This document shows positions 17,834 through 25,975 of a stretch of 64,000 nucleotides of DNA, one piece after another. The position numbers and the translations under genes are program-made. The notes under the pieces are model-generated. The model worked only from the letters and a program-made list of their open reading frames with translations. It searched no databases and was not told the origin of the DNA. Within the stretch, counting starts at the first letter, position 1. Each line of letters starts with the position of its first letter. The DNA is taken from IMG/VR virus record IMGVR_UViG_3300045988_150584; one strand, given 5' to 3'. The stretch is from a virus.

Positions 17834-18150
17834 TGGCTATCAAAGAAAATATGGATTTATACAGATGTGAAAAATGTAAAAAGCTTTACACGTCTGAGTA
17901 TGCTGCGAATATATGTTGTAAGCAATATCATTGTAGGGTATGCGGGAAAGAAACACCGCAGTATATGTTGATTTGCGATTCTTGCGCAGAGCATGAGCGC
18001 TTTGAAAAAGCAAGAAAAATGACTCTGGCAGAGTATTATGAAGAGTTCCCAGGCAACATGCTCTATTACGGAGAAGAATTCTATGACGATATCGAATCTC
18101 TATTAGACAGTATTGATTGTGACTATGAGGATATTCCAAAGTATGTATAG
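17833..18150 (+). CDS. hypothetical Cys-rich protein
   Basis: The ATG overlaps the upstream TAA. CEKCKK..CC..CRVCGK..CDSC zinc-finger-like pairs. Confidence 0.6.
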   Translation: MAIKENMDLYRCEKCKKLYTSEYAANICCKQYHCRVCGKETPQYMLICDSCAEHERFEKARKMTLAEYYEEFPGNMLYYGEEFYDDIESLLDSIDCDYEDIPKYV

Positions 18151-18159
18151 GGCACAACA

Positions 18160-18375
18160 ATGGAAAGCATGGAGATTGACGCAGATCAAATGTTGCAGCA
18201 AGCAGAGGAAGATTCAGATGTTGAGGACTTCTATTTTGATGATGTTGCCGCTAAAGAGCTGAGGGAATTTGTTAAGCAGTGGAATGAAAAATATGCCAAA
18301 AGCTACTACTCGTGGAATGACAAAGTAGTTATTATGCTTCCTCCGGAATACCAGAAGGAGCGTGTCAATGATTAA
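18160..18375 (+). CDS. small acidic hypothetical protein
   Basis: 71 aa with a strongly acidic N-terminal half (EEDSDVEDFYFDD). Confidence 0.5.
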   Translation: MESMEIDADQMLQQAEEDSDVEDFYFDDVAAKELREFVKQWNEKYAKSYYSWNDKVVIMLPPEYQKERVND

Positions 18376-18838
18376 AACAGTTGTTGGGGACATTCTTGAC
18401 GCAACGAAAGATATTATTTGCCATCAGGTAAATTGTCGGGGTGTAATGGGAGCTGGTGTAGCCAAAACGCTTTGTACTCGTTGGCCTATCATCAAGAAGA
18501 CATACATCCGATATTGCAGAAGATTTGAAAATCAAAATGAACTTCTTGGTCATGTTCTTCCTGTAACGGTTGAACCGAATAAGACTGTTCTGAATATCTT
18601 TGGGCAACTTGATTATGGCAGAGACAAGTACCGCAAGTACACGGACTATGTTGCTCTCACAAAAGCATTTGATGAGATCCGCAGTAAGTATCATAACAAA
18701 TCGCTTGCATTCCCATATGGATTTGGCTGTGGATTAGCAAATGGTGACTGGAATATCGTTGAAAATATGCTCAACACATATTTTGGCGATATGGATGTCA
18801 CTATTTACAGACTTTCAGCAAGGAGCGACGAGGTATGA
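18368..18838 (+). CDS. macrodomain (ADP-ribose binding/hydrolase) protein
   Basis: ATG 7 nt after AAGGAG. GDILDA..DIICHQVNCRGVMGAGVAK is a typical macrodomain N-terminal signature. Confidence 0.7.
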   Translation: MIKTVVGDILDATKDIICHQVNCRGVMGAGVAKTLCTRWPIIKKTYIRYCRRFENQNELLGHVLPVTVEPNKTVLNIFGQLDYGRDKYRKYTDYVALTKAFDEIRSKYHNKSLAFPYGFGCGLANGDWNIVENMLNTYFGDMDVTIYRLSARSDEV

Positions 18839-19101
18839 AACTATACTTTCGCAATAGCAGAGCTAAGTTTCGTCCTATCGCCAATATTGACGGCAGAAAG
18901 CCAGATAAAGAGATTGCCAAACAGATAGTTGCAAAAATCAATGAGTTTTGTAGTGAACGAAACTTTAAGATTTATTACACAAGGATATGGCATGAGGAAT
19001 GCAAGGGAAAGCAAATGACAAAATTTGATGTAGGAAGCCACACGGAGTTTTTCTATTTTGAAAAAGCTCTTCCGTTCGCAGCATTTCAAGGAGACAAATA
19101 A
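18835..19101 (+). CDS. hypothetical protein
   Basis: ATGA overlap with the upstream gene. AAGGAG upstream. Confidence 0.6.
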   Translation: MKLYFRNSRAKFRPIANIDGRKPDKEIAKQIVAKINEFCSERNFKIYYTRIWHEECKGKQMTKFDVGSHTEFFYFEKALPFAAFQGDK

Positions 19102-19392
19102 ATGAAAGTATTACTTATTCCAGACTGGCAAGGATGTACGATCATTACGGACAATGGGTACTGTACGATCCAGGGCTTGCCAAATGACATTGTAGACAAG
19201 GTGTTTGTATCCGAAATCCCTATTAGTAAAGGGATCGGGCTGATCACTCCGCTTGTAAATGAGCTTACTATCGTATCTGGTAGCAGCGCAGCAAGCCTGT
19301 ATTGCAAATTGCTCAATGAACACCATATCGCCACAAAAGAGATTTTTAACACAAAGCCATCCGTATTGCTGAAAGGAATCCGAAATGGATAG
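19102..19392 (+). CDS. hypothetical protein
   Basis: AAGGAG 9 nt upstream. Starts directly after the upstream stop. Confidence 0.6.
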   Translation: MKVLLIPDWQGCTIITDNGYCTIQGLPNDIVDKVFVSEIPISKGIGLITPLVNELTIVSGSSAASLYCKLLNEHHIATKEIFNTKPSVLLKGIRNG

Positions 19393-20068
19393 GCTAATTG
19401 CCATCGGAGACATTCACGGATGTCTCAACACACTAAAAGAGCTTCTGAAAAGTGTGGATTATAGCAGTCAGACAGATACGTTAGTGTTTGTTGGTGACTA
19501 CATAGATCGCGGAGCAAATAGCTGTGAGACAGTGGCGTTTCTTCGCAAGCTTCAGCAACAGGTAGGAAAAGATAATTGTATTTGTCTTCGCGGCAATCAT
19601 GAACAAATGGCAATTGACGCATTTATAAGCGGAGATAATTCGCTTTGGTTTTACAATGGCGGATACTCAACCGTATGTAGTTACGATAGAAATGGCACAG
19701 ATATTGAATCGGATATTGGTTGGTTTAAGACTCTTCCGCTTGTGTACGATACACCAGAAATTATATTCTGTCATGCCGGTCTGTCAAAACCACTGCTAAA
19801 GGACAATACTGCACACGATTTGATTTGGGGACGCGACTGGATTCGACATAATGACCGTAGGCCACGGGAAAAGCAAGTGATTTTCGGGCATACCCCAAGT
19901 AGAACTGGTGCCGCCTACACCGTAGCAACTGGCGATATTTGCATCGACTCAGCATGTGTTTATGGCGGAAAGCTATGCGCCTTAGCAATCAACGAAGATG
20001 GAAACAGTAAACTATTCTATGCAGACAAGTCCGAAGAGGACGATGAAAACTTGCAAGGAATTAGTTAA
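19385..20068 (+). CDS. PPP-family Ser/Thr phosphatase / ApaH-like metallophosphoesterase
   Basis: Motifs GDIHGC, GDYIDRG, GNHE, CHAG and FGHT. Confidence 0.8.
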   Translation: MDRLIAIGDIHGCLNTLKELLKSVDYSSQTDTLVFVGDYIDRGANSCETVAFLRKLQQQVGKDNCICLRGNHEQMAIDAFISGDNSLWFYNGGYSTVCSYDRNGTDIESDIGWFKTLPLVYDTPEIIFCHAGLSKPLLKDNTAHDLIWGRDWIRHNDRRPREKQVIFGHTPSRTGAAYTVATGDICIDSACVYGGKLCALAINEDGNSKLFYADKSEEDDENLQGIS

Positions 20069-20090
20069 ACAGCATTTGGAGTGTGAATTG

Positions 20091-20417
20091 ATGTTCAAAA
20101 TTCTTATTTTCTATAAGAGCATTTCTGCGGTTAAAAACTACCTCGAAATGTTTAGAAATATGCCATTGATGATTTTTGAAGAAACTCGCAACGGCTTCAC
20201 ATTCAGTGGTGAAAAAATATGCGTGAAAGGTATCCGATGTGCCAAAATCTCAGATCAGCACCGTGGACATCGGGCGCATATTATCGCCGTGCAAGAAGAA
20301 CTCACATGGGCTGAAGATTGGAACGAGGTTCGAGACTATATCGTTTACCCCATGCTTCAAACACCGATTGATATTCAAATCTTTGATGGAGATTACTCAG
20401 ATGAACAAGCAGCCTAA
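20091..20417 (+). CDS. hypothetical protein
   Basis: ATG about 9 nt after GGAG. Alternative starts at 19998 and 20043 would overlap the phosphatase gene. Confidence 0.5.
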   Translation: MFKILIFYKSISAVKNYLEMFRNMPLMIFEETRNGFTFSGEKICVKGIRCAKISDQHRGHRAHIIAVQEELTWAEDWNEVRDYIVYPMLQTPIDIQIFDGDYSDEQAA

Positions 20418-20574
20418 AGAAGAAAAGCCTAAGTATATTACGGATGAAAATGGTACGCAGTTTTTCGTAGTTGGCAATACGAAAATCCGTGTAACAGAGC
20501 ATTTTAATAGTAAGGGTAAACATATCAAAGATCTCGTAGAAAATGCCGTACAATACGCCGCAAATGCGGCTTAA
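20401..20574 (+). CDS. small hypothetical protein (57 aa)
   Basis: ATG after GGAG, overlapping the upstream stop. MNKQPKEEKPKYITDENG... Confidence 0.5.
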   Translation: MNKQPKEEKPKYITDENGTQFFVVGNTKIRVTEHFNSKGKHIKDLVENAVQYAANAA

Positions 20575-20579
20575 TACCG

Positions 20580-20608
20580 GTGACAACAGCTCGTACTTGT
20601 GATATAAT
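20580..20608 (+). promoter_or_regulatory. sigma-A type promoter of the recombinase gene
   Basis: -35 GTGACA (20580-20585), 17-bp spacer, extended -10 TGaTATAAT (20600-20608). AAAGGAGG and the GTG start lie downstream. Confidence 0.6.
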
Positions 20609-20670
20609 TACGCGGTAAGCTTATCATAAGTGCGAGTTGTTTCACTACTAAAGGAGGTTGCTAAACAACG

Positions 20671-22281
20671 GTGAAACAACTGATTTATCGCGTCGCGCTC
20701 TACATGCGATTGAGCCGAGACGATGAAGATTACGGAGAAAGCGTTAGTATTGAAACCCAGCGCAAAATCATCACACAATTTGCTAACGAACAGCACTTCA
20801 TTATAGTTGACGAGTACATTGATGATGGTTGGAGTGGTACGAACTTTGATCGTCCAGCATTCCAACGCATGATGGAAGATGTTGAGTCCGGAAAGGTGAA
20901 TTGCATTATTACCAAGGATCTCTCCCGCCTTGGTCGTGAGCATATCATGATGGACTATTATCTGGAATTCTACTTTCCAGAAAAGCGAATCCGCTATATT
21001 GCCGTCACAGAAAATGAAGATACGGAAAAAGGCTTGTCTGACTTCGTTCCGTTCAAGAACCTATTCAATGAATGGTTTGCAAAGGATACAAGCCGTAAAG
21101 TCAAAGCCGCTTTCAAAGCAAAGTTTGCTGCTGGAGATCGTATTTGCGCATATGTTAAAATCGGATATAAGCGGCATCCAGAGATTAAAAACCGTATTGT
21201 GCCAGATGAAGAAACAAGGTGGATACCTGAGAAAATCTTTGATTTGGCTTATCACGGTGCTGGAGCTGCTAAAATTACAAGGACTCTAATTGCAGAGAAA
21301 GTTCCTACGCCGTCCTGGATTAACTACCAGAGATTCGGGACATTCGCTCATGTATATCAAAATGCCTCAGAAGAAAAACGGTACGCATGGACGGTTGCAC
21401 AAGTTAAGTACATCTTGAAAGATGAAACCTACATTGGGAATACAGTTCACTACAAACAGACGAACATATCTTTCAAGAACAAGAAACGCATTCGCAAGCC
21501 AGAAGATGAATGGTGGAGAATAGAAAACACTCACGAGGGATTGATTCCAAAGGAGATGTTTGATTCTGTTCAGGCGCAAATTGCCACCAGACGTCGGATG
21601 CAGAAAGATCATACAACGCAGATCTTCTCCGGACTTGTCAAATGTGCCGATTGCGGATGGTCAATGCGTTTCGGTACGAACAGGCAAAACAAAAACCCAT
21701 ACAGCCACTACACATGCAGCAAGTATGGGCAAGTAGGAATTCATTGTTCTGCGCACTATATCCGATACGATGTACTGTATGCCTATGTGCTATCAAGAAT
21801 TCAGTATTGGGCGACACAAGCCGTACAAGACGAGGATGCTCTTTTAGAAAGGCTTCTTCAAACTGGCAATGCAAAGCAGAATGCCGAGCGAAAAAAGATC
21901 GCTGACGATTTGAAGAGAGCTGAAAAACGGCAAAAGGAATTGGACAACCTTTTCGCCAAGCTATACGAAGATCGAATTGCTGAAAGAATTACAGAGCGAA
22001 ACTTCATTATGCTGTCTGCAAAATATCAGGAAGAGCAAAATGCTTTGGACGGTAAGATAGACCTACTTAATGGGCAAATCAGTGAAAATTCTGAGCGATA
22101 TAGCAATATTGAAACTTGGGTGAAACTGATTAAGCAGTACGCATCTCCAACGGAATTAGACTCAATTTTACTCAATGCTCTTGTGGAAAAAATCACAGTC
22201 CACGAGGCAGTTAAACACGAAGATGGAAGTCGAGAGCAAGAGGTCGAGATTTTCTATAAGTTTGTAGGAAAGATCGACTGA
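20671..22281 (+). CDS. large serine recombinase (phage integrase type)
   Basis: Resolvase catalytic domain (YMRLSRDDE, TKDLSRLGRE), recombinase domain, Zn ribbon CADCG...CSKYG..HC and a long C-terminal coiled coil. Confidence 0.9.
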   Translation: MKQLIYRVALYMRLSRDDEDYGESVSIETQRKIITQFANEQHFIIVDEYIDDGWSGTNFDRPAFQRMMEDVESGKVNCIITKDLSRLGREHIMMDYYLEFYFPEKRIRYIAVTENEDTEKGLSDFVPFKNLFNEWFAKDTSRKVKAAFKAKFAAGDRICAYVKIGYKRHPEIKNRIVPDEETRWIPEKIFDLAYHGAGAAKITRTLIAEKVPTPSWINYQRFGTFAHVYQNASEEKRYAWTVAQVKYILKDETYIGNTVHYKQTNISFKNKKRIRKPEDEWWRIENTHEGLIPKEMFDSVQAQIATRRRMQKDHTTQIFSGLVKCADCGWSMRFGTNRQNKNPYSHYTCSKYGQVGIHCSAHYIRYDVLYAYVLSRIQYWATQAVQDEDALLERLLQTGNAKQNAERKKIADDLKRAEKRQKELDNLFAKLYEDRIAERITERNFIMLSAKYQEEQNALDGKIDLLNGQISENSERYSNIETWVKLIKQYASPTELDSILLNALVEKITVHEAVKHEDGSREQEVEIFYKFVGKID

Positions 22282-22290
22282 AAGACCAAT

Positions 22291-22332
22291 ATCTTTAAGT
22301 ATGTGAATGGGGGGATTCACTTAGTTAAAGAT
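22291..22332. other. 42-bp imperfect palindrome, candidate attP core
   Basis: ATCTTTAAgTAtGTGAAT GGGGGG ATTCACtTAgTTAAAGAT: 16 of 18 arm positions are complementary, with a non-palindromic G-only centre. It lies 10 bp after the recombinase stop. Confidence 0.4.
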
Positions 22333-22440
22333 ACCATTTGAAACAGCTCGCACTTTAGCTTACAAATTATTATATTGAGCTTATTATACCAGCGCGAAAT
22401 GGTGTCATAATCTGAGTACAATAACAAATGCGTAAAAAAT

Positions 22441-22466
22441 AGGGTACAGAAATAAATCTGTACCCT
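22441..22466 (-). terminator. hairpin terminator (better U-tract on the - strand)
   Basis: agggtacag-aaataaat-ctgtaccct. The - strand reading is followed by ATTTTTTACG; the + strand reading by TATTG. Confidence 0.45.
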
Positions 22467-22641
22467 TATTGAAAAGAAACCATCTCCATGATATATTTAT
22501 ATGCGGATAGCCTGAGCGCTTTCATAACAGAATCCTTCCACCTCACGTATGGGAATAACGGTTCATCTACCCGAACCCGTCTGTTACAGCAGACAGAGCG
22601 CCTTGTGCGCAGGGTAGTAACTACGGAAGGAGGAAACTGCT

Positions 22642-22716
22642 ATGGCGAAAGTCAAAGTAGAAGTGAAAGTAGCGGTCAAAAAGACTGTGAAGCGTCGCGT
22701 CATCGTCCGTCGATGA
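22642..22716 (+). CDS. 24-codon highly basic small ORF
   Basis: GGAAGGAGG (22625-22633), 8 nt, then ATG. Encodes MAKVKVEVKVAVKKTVKRRVIVRR, followed by a + strand terminator. Confidence 0.35.
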   Translation: MAKVKVEVKVAVKKTVKRRVIVRR

Positions 22717-22774
22717 GCGGTGTAGCTCAGGCTATTCATATTAAATTATCTGAAAATGTATTTGATTATTTGTA

Positions 22775-22808
22775 GGGTGCAGAGCAAATCTGCACCCTTG
22801 TTTTGTTT
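22775..22808 (+). terminator. rho-independent terminator
   Basis: gggtgcag-agcaaat-ctgcaccc followed by TTGTTTTGTTT. Confidence 0.65.
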
Positions 22809-22863
22809 CCTCGTTTGAAGAAACTTCACCAGAATGACTCTGGGCAATCTTGCCGATCTAAAA

Positions 22864-23427
22864 TCACTTTCTGCTGTGCATCAGCTCAGCAATTCCACTT
22901 GTATCATCCATCTCGATAATGCCAAGCAAATTCATTTCTGGTTGCACAACACTGTGCATATAACCGTTGCCATTCATGTTCTCATAGTCTGCGAAACACT
23001 CCCAGAATGTTTCTGACTCCATACGAGTCCACTCTTGACGCGGGTTATGCTCCTTGCTCGTGTAATAACGATAATTTTGGAGCAGTCTGTCGCGTAGTTT
23101 ATTACGCTCTCTACGCTGGGAATTCTCTTCCATCTGCAATAAGCGGCAGGTGTGTTCATCCTGCGCCTTACGCAGCTCTTGGATTTCACTTTCCAGCTTT
23201 TCTTGAATCTTAATGCTTTGTTGACGATATTCGGGGTACTTACGCACAGCTTCAAGTGCCTCTTTCAGCTCTTTGTCCTTTTCTTTCTCGGCTTCGTATT
23301 TCTTAATAAGATAATCTCTGATCTTCTTATAAGTCATACCAAGGAAAACGGCTGCAAGAGCAACGGTAATCACATTGGAAACCGTAATGTTCCCGAAAGT
23401 CTTTAGAAACTCTTCGAGTCCAGTCAT
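22864..23427 (-). CDS. membrane-anchored coiled-coil protein (lysis-module associated)
   Basis: GGAGGT 6 nt upstream. N-terminal TM VITVALAAVFLGMTY, then a charged coiled coil. Confidence 0.6.
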   Translation of the reverse strand: MTGLEEFLKTFGNITVSNVITVALAAVFLGMTYKKIRDYLIKKYEAEKEKDKELKEALEAVRKYPEYRQQSIKIQEKLESEIQELRKAQDEHTCRLLQMEENSQRRERNKLRDRLLQNYRYYTSKEHNPRQEWTRMESETFWECFADYENMNGNGYMHSVVQPEMNLLGIIEMDDTSGIAELMHSRK

Positions 23428-23455
23428 AAAGTACCTCCAATCTGCTCAAACCTAA

Positions 23456-23770
23456 TTAAGCTTTTGGGGCATTTACGACCTTGCTCATATTGCACAGACT
23501 ATCAATCAAATCACTAATTGCATCCATGTCAATATCGTAGTCGATGGTATCAGCAGATGCCTTTACCATTGCAAGCACCCACTCCTTACGCTCAGCGCCA
23601 GTCTCAAACTTAGTCTCTGCGGTCTGCATAAGGTTCATTACCATATTCAGCACCTTAGACCAGTTCTTTTCTCGGATTGCTTTCTGAACATATTTTACCA
23701 ACTCAACTACAAGAGGAATTGCGGCAGCTAAACCGGCCAGAGCAGAAACAAGAATCTTTACCCATTCCAT
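23456..23770 (-). CDS. holin (LL-H family-like)
   Basis: AGGAGG 8 nt upstream. 104 aa with a single N-terminal TM ILVSALAGLAAAIPLVV. Layout resembles LL-H holins, and the gene lies next to the endolysin. Confidence 0.6.
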   Translation of the reverse strand: MEWVKILVSALAGLAAAIPLVVELVKYVQKAIREKNWSKVLNMVMNLMQTAETKFETGAERKEWVLAMVKASADTIDYDIDMDAISDLIDSLCNMSKVVNAPKA

Positions 23771-23790
23771 ATTGCGTGTCCTCCTAACAA

Positions 23791-23827
23791 ATAAAAAAAT
23801 AACAGTAGCCGGCAGACTACTGTTATT
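23791..23827 (-). terminator. rho-independent terminator inside the lysis cassette
   Basis: aataacagtag-ccggcaga-ctactgttatt. The - strand reading is followed by TTTTTTTATTTG. Confidence 0.65.
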
Positions 23828-23835
23828 TTCTCAAA

Positions 23836-24195
23836 TTAAATAGCTGGACTTTCCCAGCTCGATCCGTCATCATTTACTGCGTCAGACATTGCCATTGCAA
23901 ATTTGATGCCGTCTCCATTTCCACCAACATTTTCAGCTTCGCTTTTATGAACGATTTTACTTAGCACAATGCTACAAGCTGTACCAATCGGCGTAAACAC
24001 CACCGTCCAGCACATCAGAGCGCCAGTATATCCGGTTCTAATGCTTTCGTTGGCAAGATAAAAGCCGCCAGCCAAGCCAGCAGCCAAAAACAAAAGTATG
24101 TAAATCGCAAGCCGATTGCTAAAGCCAAGCGAAACAAGATGCTGGATAAGACCTTTCTTTTTCTTGCGACGCTTCACTTTACGCTTAACAGCCAT
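23836..24195 (-). CDS. small membrane protein (possible holin/antiholin)
   Basis: The ATG overlaps the endolysin TAA. Basic N-terminus, then two or three TM segments (LAIYILLFLAAGLAGGFYLA, ALMCWTVVFTPIGTACSIVL). Confidence 0.55.
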   Translation of the reverse strand: MAVKRKVKRRKKKKGLIQHLVSLGFSNRLAIYILLFLAAGLAGGFYLANESIRTGYTGALMCWTVVFTPIGTACSIVLSKIVHKSEAENVGGNGDGIKFAMAMSDAVNDDGSSWESPAI

Positions 24196-25535
24196 TACGC
24201 TTTACCCATCAATTTTGCAAAACGATAGAATAGCGCTGCGGCCTGCTCTCTCGTAAGCTGATCTGCCCAAGCATAATTCGGCTCTCCATTTGCATTGTTT
24301 CCAGTACCACCAATGAGACCGTTTGCGATTGCCCACTCACGAGCGTCCTTACTCCAAGTACCACAATCGTTGTCCTGAAGCTCTGCACGATACTCTTTCA
24401 TCAACTCTTTGAATCTATCCAAAGTCATATCTTCATCCTCCTGTTCTACACTTTCACCAACAAGCGACCAATCTGGTCTACCGTACCCACAAATATATGT
24501 AGCGGTAAGATTATAGGATTTGGCTCTTACGCATCCACCATTAGGAACAACGCCAGAAGCGCTTGATGTATTTCCCTCAATCGTATAGACTTTGCCATTT
24601 CCAACAGCAATAACAAGTCCGGTGTGATAAGATGTTGCTCCGCCATCGTTAGTGAAGAAAATCTGATCGCCGGCCTGAGGATTGCTTTTATGGAACTGCC
24701 CCTTTTGCTTATAATACTGAACAGAATAGGTACATCCAGCTCCAGCACCGCCATATGGCTGACACAGCAGCTTCATAGCAAGATCTACTCCAAATGTCTT
24801 GATAAAACACCAGTCAACAAAAACATCACACCAAGCATAGCCGTTCTTTTTGCCATTGTAAATGTTCCCGATGTTATCCAAATCACGGGCGTACTTTGTC
24901 CAGTTGTTGCTACCGGCATTTGCAGTTTTACTATCAAGCTGGGCATTCGTTGCCTTTTCCAAATAGCCCTCTTCTGCCTTTGCCGTCGCAATAAGTCTTT
25001 CAATCGCAGTCAAACTACCAACTCCTTCCTTTGTCGTACTCTGCGCAAACTTGTCATAATAAGCTTGTCCATAGCTTGCACGTTTGTTTTGAACGGCTTC
25101 GCTTTGGTTAGCAGGTCGTTCATACTGTAATAGCACAGCGTTAGATGCTTCAAAAACGGACGTCGCAGACTGCAGCGTTTTCCACACAGTAGGATATCCG
25201 GAAAGCTCCTTGCAGAGAAATTCAAGCTGCATGTCCAAATCACCGATTGATTTTCCGACGCTTCGTGCGTAATTCAATAGGTTTTGCTTTCGACTCCAAT
25301 ATGTCCATTGGGCAAGCCCATAACCGGCAGCATCCTTGACAAAGTTTGTATAGCTGCCATTATCAACGGCTTGCGTATAGCTTTGATCTGTAAAATTAAG
25401 CTTCTTCTCATATGAGTTTTGAAGATTGATAGGGCTTAATCCAGACTCGGCGTATAGATTTCCCATCAGCCCAGATACACCAAAATCAGTAAAACCTTTT
25501 GACTTTAAGAATTTCCAGATTTTTTCTTCATTCAT
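24195..25535 (-). CDS. multidomain endolysin (lysozyme-like N-terminus + CHAP + SLH-like wall binding)
   Basis: GLMGNLYAESGL...GYGLAQWT (phage-lysozyme2-like). CHAP residues AWCDVFVDW, YHTGLVIAV and TIEGNT. C-terminal WSKDAREWAIANGLIGG...LTREQAAALFYRF (SLH-like). Confidence 0.8.
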   Translation of the reverse strand: MNEEKIWKFLKSKGFTDFGVSGLMGNLYAESGLSPINLQNSYEKKLNFTDQSYTQAVDNGSYTNFVKDAAGYGLAQWTYWSRKQNLLNYARSVGKSIGDLDMQLEFLCKELSGYPTVWKTLQSATSVFEASNAVLLQYERPANQSEAVQNKRASYGQAYYDKFAQSTTKEGVGSLTAIERLIATAKAEEGYLEKATNAQLDSKTANAGSNNWTKYARDLDNIGNIYNGKKNGYAWCDVFVDWCFIKTFGVDLAMKLLCQPYGGAGAGCTYSVQYYKQKGQFHKSNPQAGDQIFFTNDGGATSYHTGLVIAVGNGKVYTIEGNTSSASGVVPNGGCVRAKSYNLTATYICGYGRPDWSLVGESVEQEDEDMTLDRFKELMKEYRAELQDNDCGTWSKDAREWAIANGLIGGTGNNANGEPNYAWADQLTREQAAALFYRFAKLMGKA

Positions 25536-25549
25536 TTATATCACCGCCC

Positions 25550-25975
25550 TTAAACCAGCATATAATGCGGCTTCTCTTCTCCGAAAAACCAATATCGAAA
25601 ATAATCGTCAAGTATAATAGCCACGACAGACAACCCAACCCAAGCAAAGAAAAACGGCAAGCAAATTTGCCCCATCAAATTAAGCGGTAGATTTGAATAG
25701 TCCCACACATTTAATCCAAGCCAAACATTCACAATTAAGCCTGTAATAAATTCAAGAGTGGTTACAAGTACACCGCCAATTAAAGCCTGCCATACAATAC
25801 CAAGTTCCCACGGAAACAGTTCGTTGATTAAACCGATAGAAACAAAACACATACCGCCAAGAATAAACATGGAAATATGACTATGACCGCGCCAAAGTAG
25901 TTCGATCAAAACATAGGCAGCACCGCCAATAACAAACAGTGCTGCCAGTTTGAAAAATGTCTTCAGATTACGCAT
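25550..25975 (-). CDS. polytopic membrane protein
   Basis: 141 aa with about 4 TM helices. The start overlaps the upstream stop. Sits directly upstream of the endolysin. Confidence 0.6.
   Translation of the reverse strand: MRNLKTFFKLAALFVIGGAAYVLIELLWRGHSHISMFILGGMCFVSIGLINELFPWELGIVWQALIGGVLVTTLEFITGLIVNVWLGLNVWDYSNLPLNLMGQICLPFFFAWVGLSVVAIILDDYFRYWFFGEEKPHYMLV

Noticed and set aside
22719-22745. tRNA-like D-arm string GGTGTAGCTCAGG
   Set aside because: No acceptor stem, anticodon arm or T-arm (GGTTCGAATCC-like) follows. It overlaps the tail of the small ORF locus and is a chance match.
22488-22775. 95-aa + strand ORF in the convergence region
   Set aside because: It has no SD and an odd composition, and it overlaps in another frame the SD-preceded 24-codon ORF and the putative structured leader. 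I treat it as non-coding.
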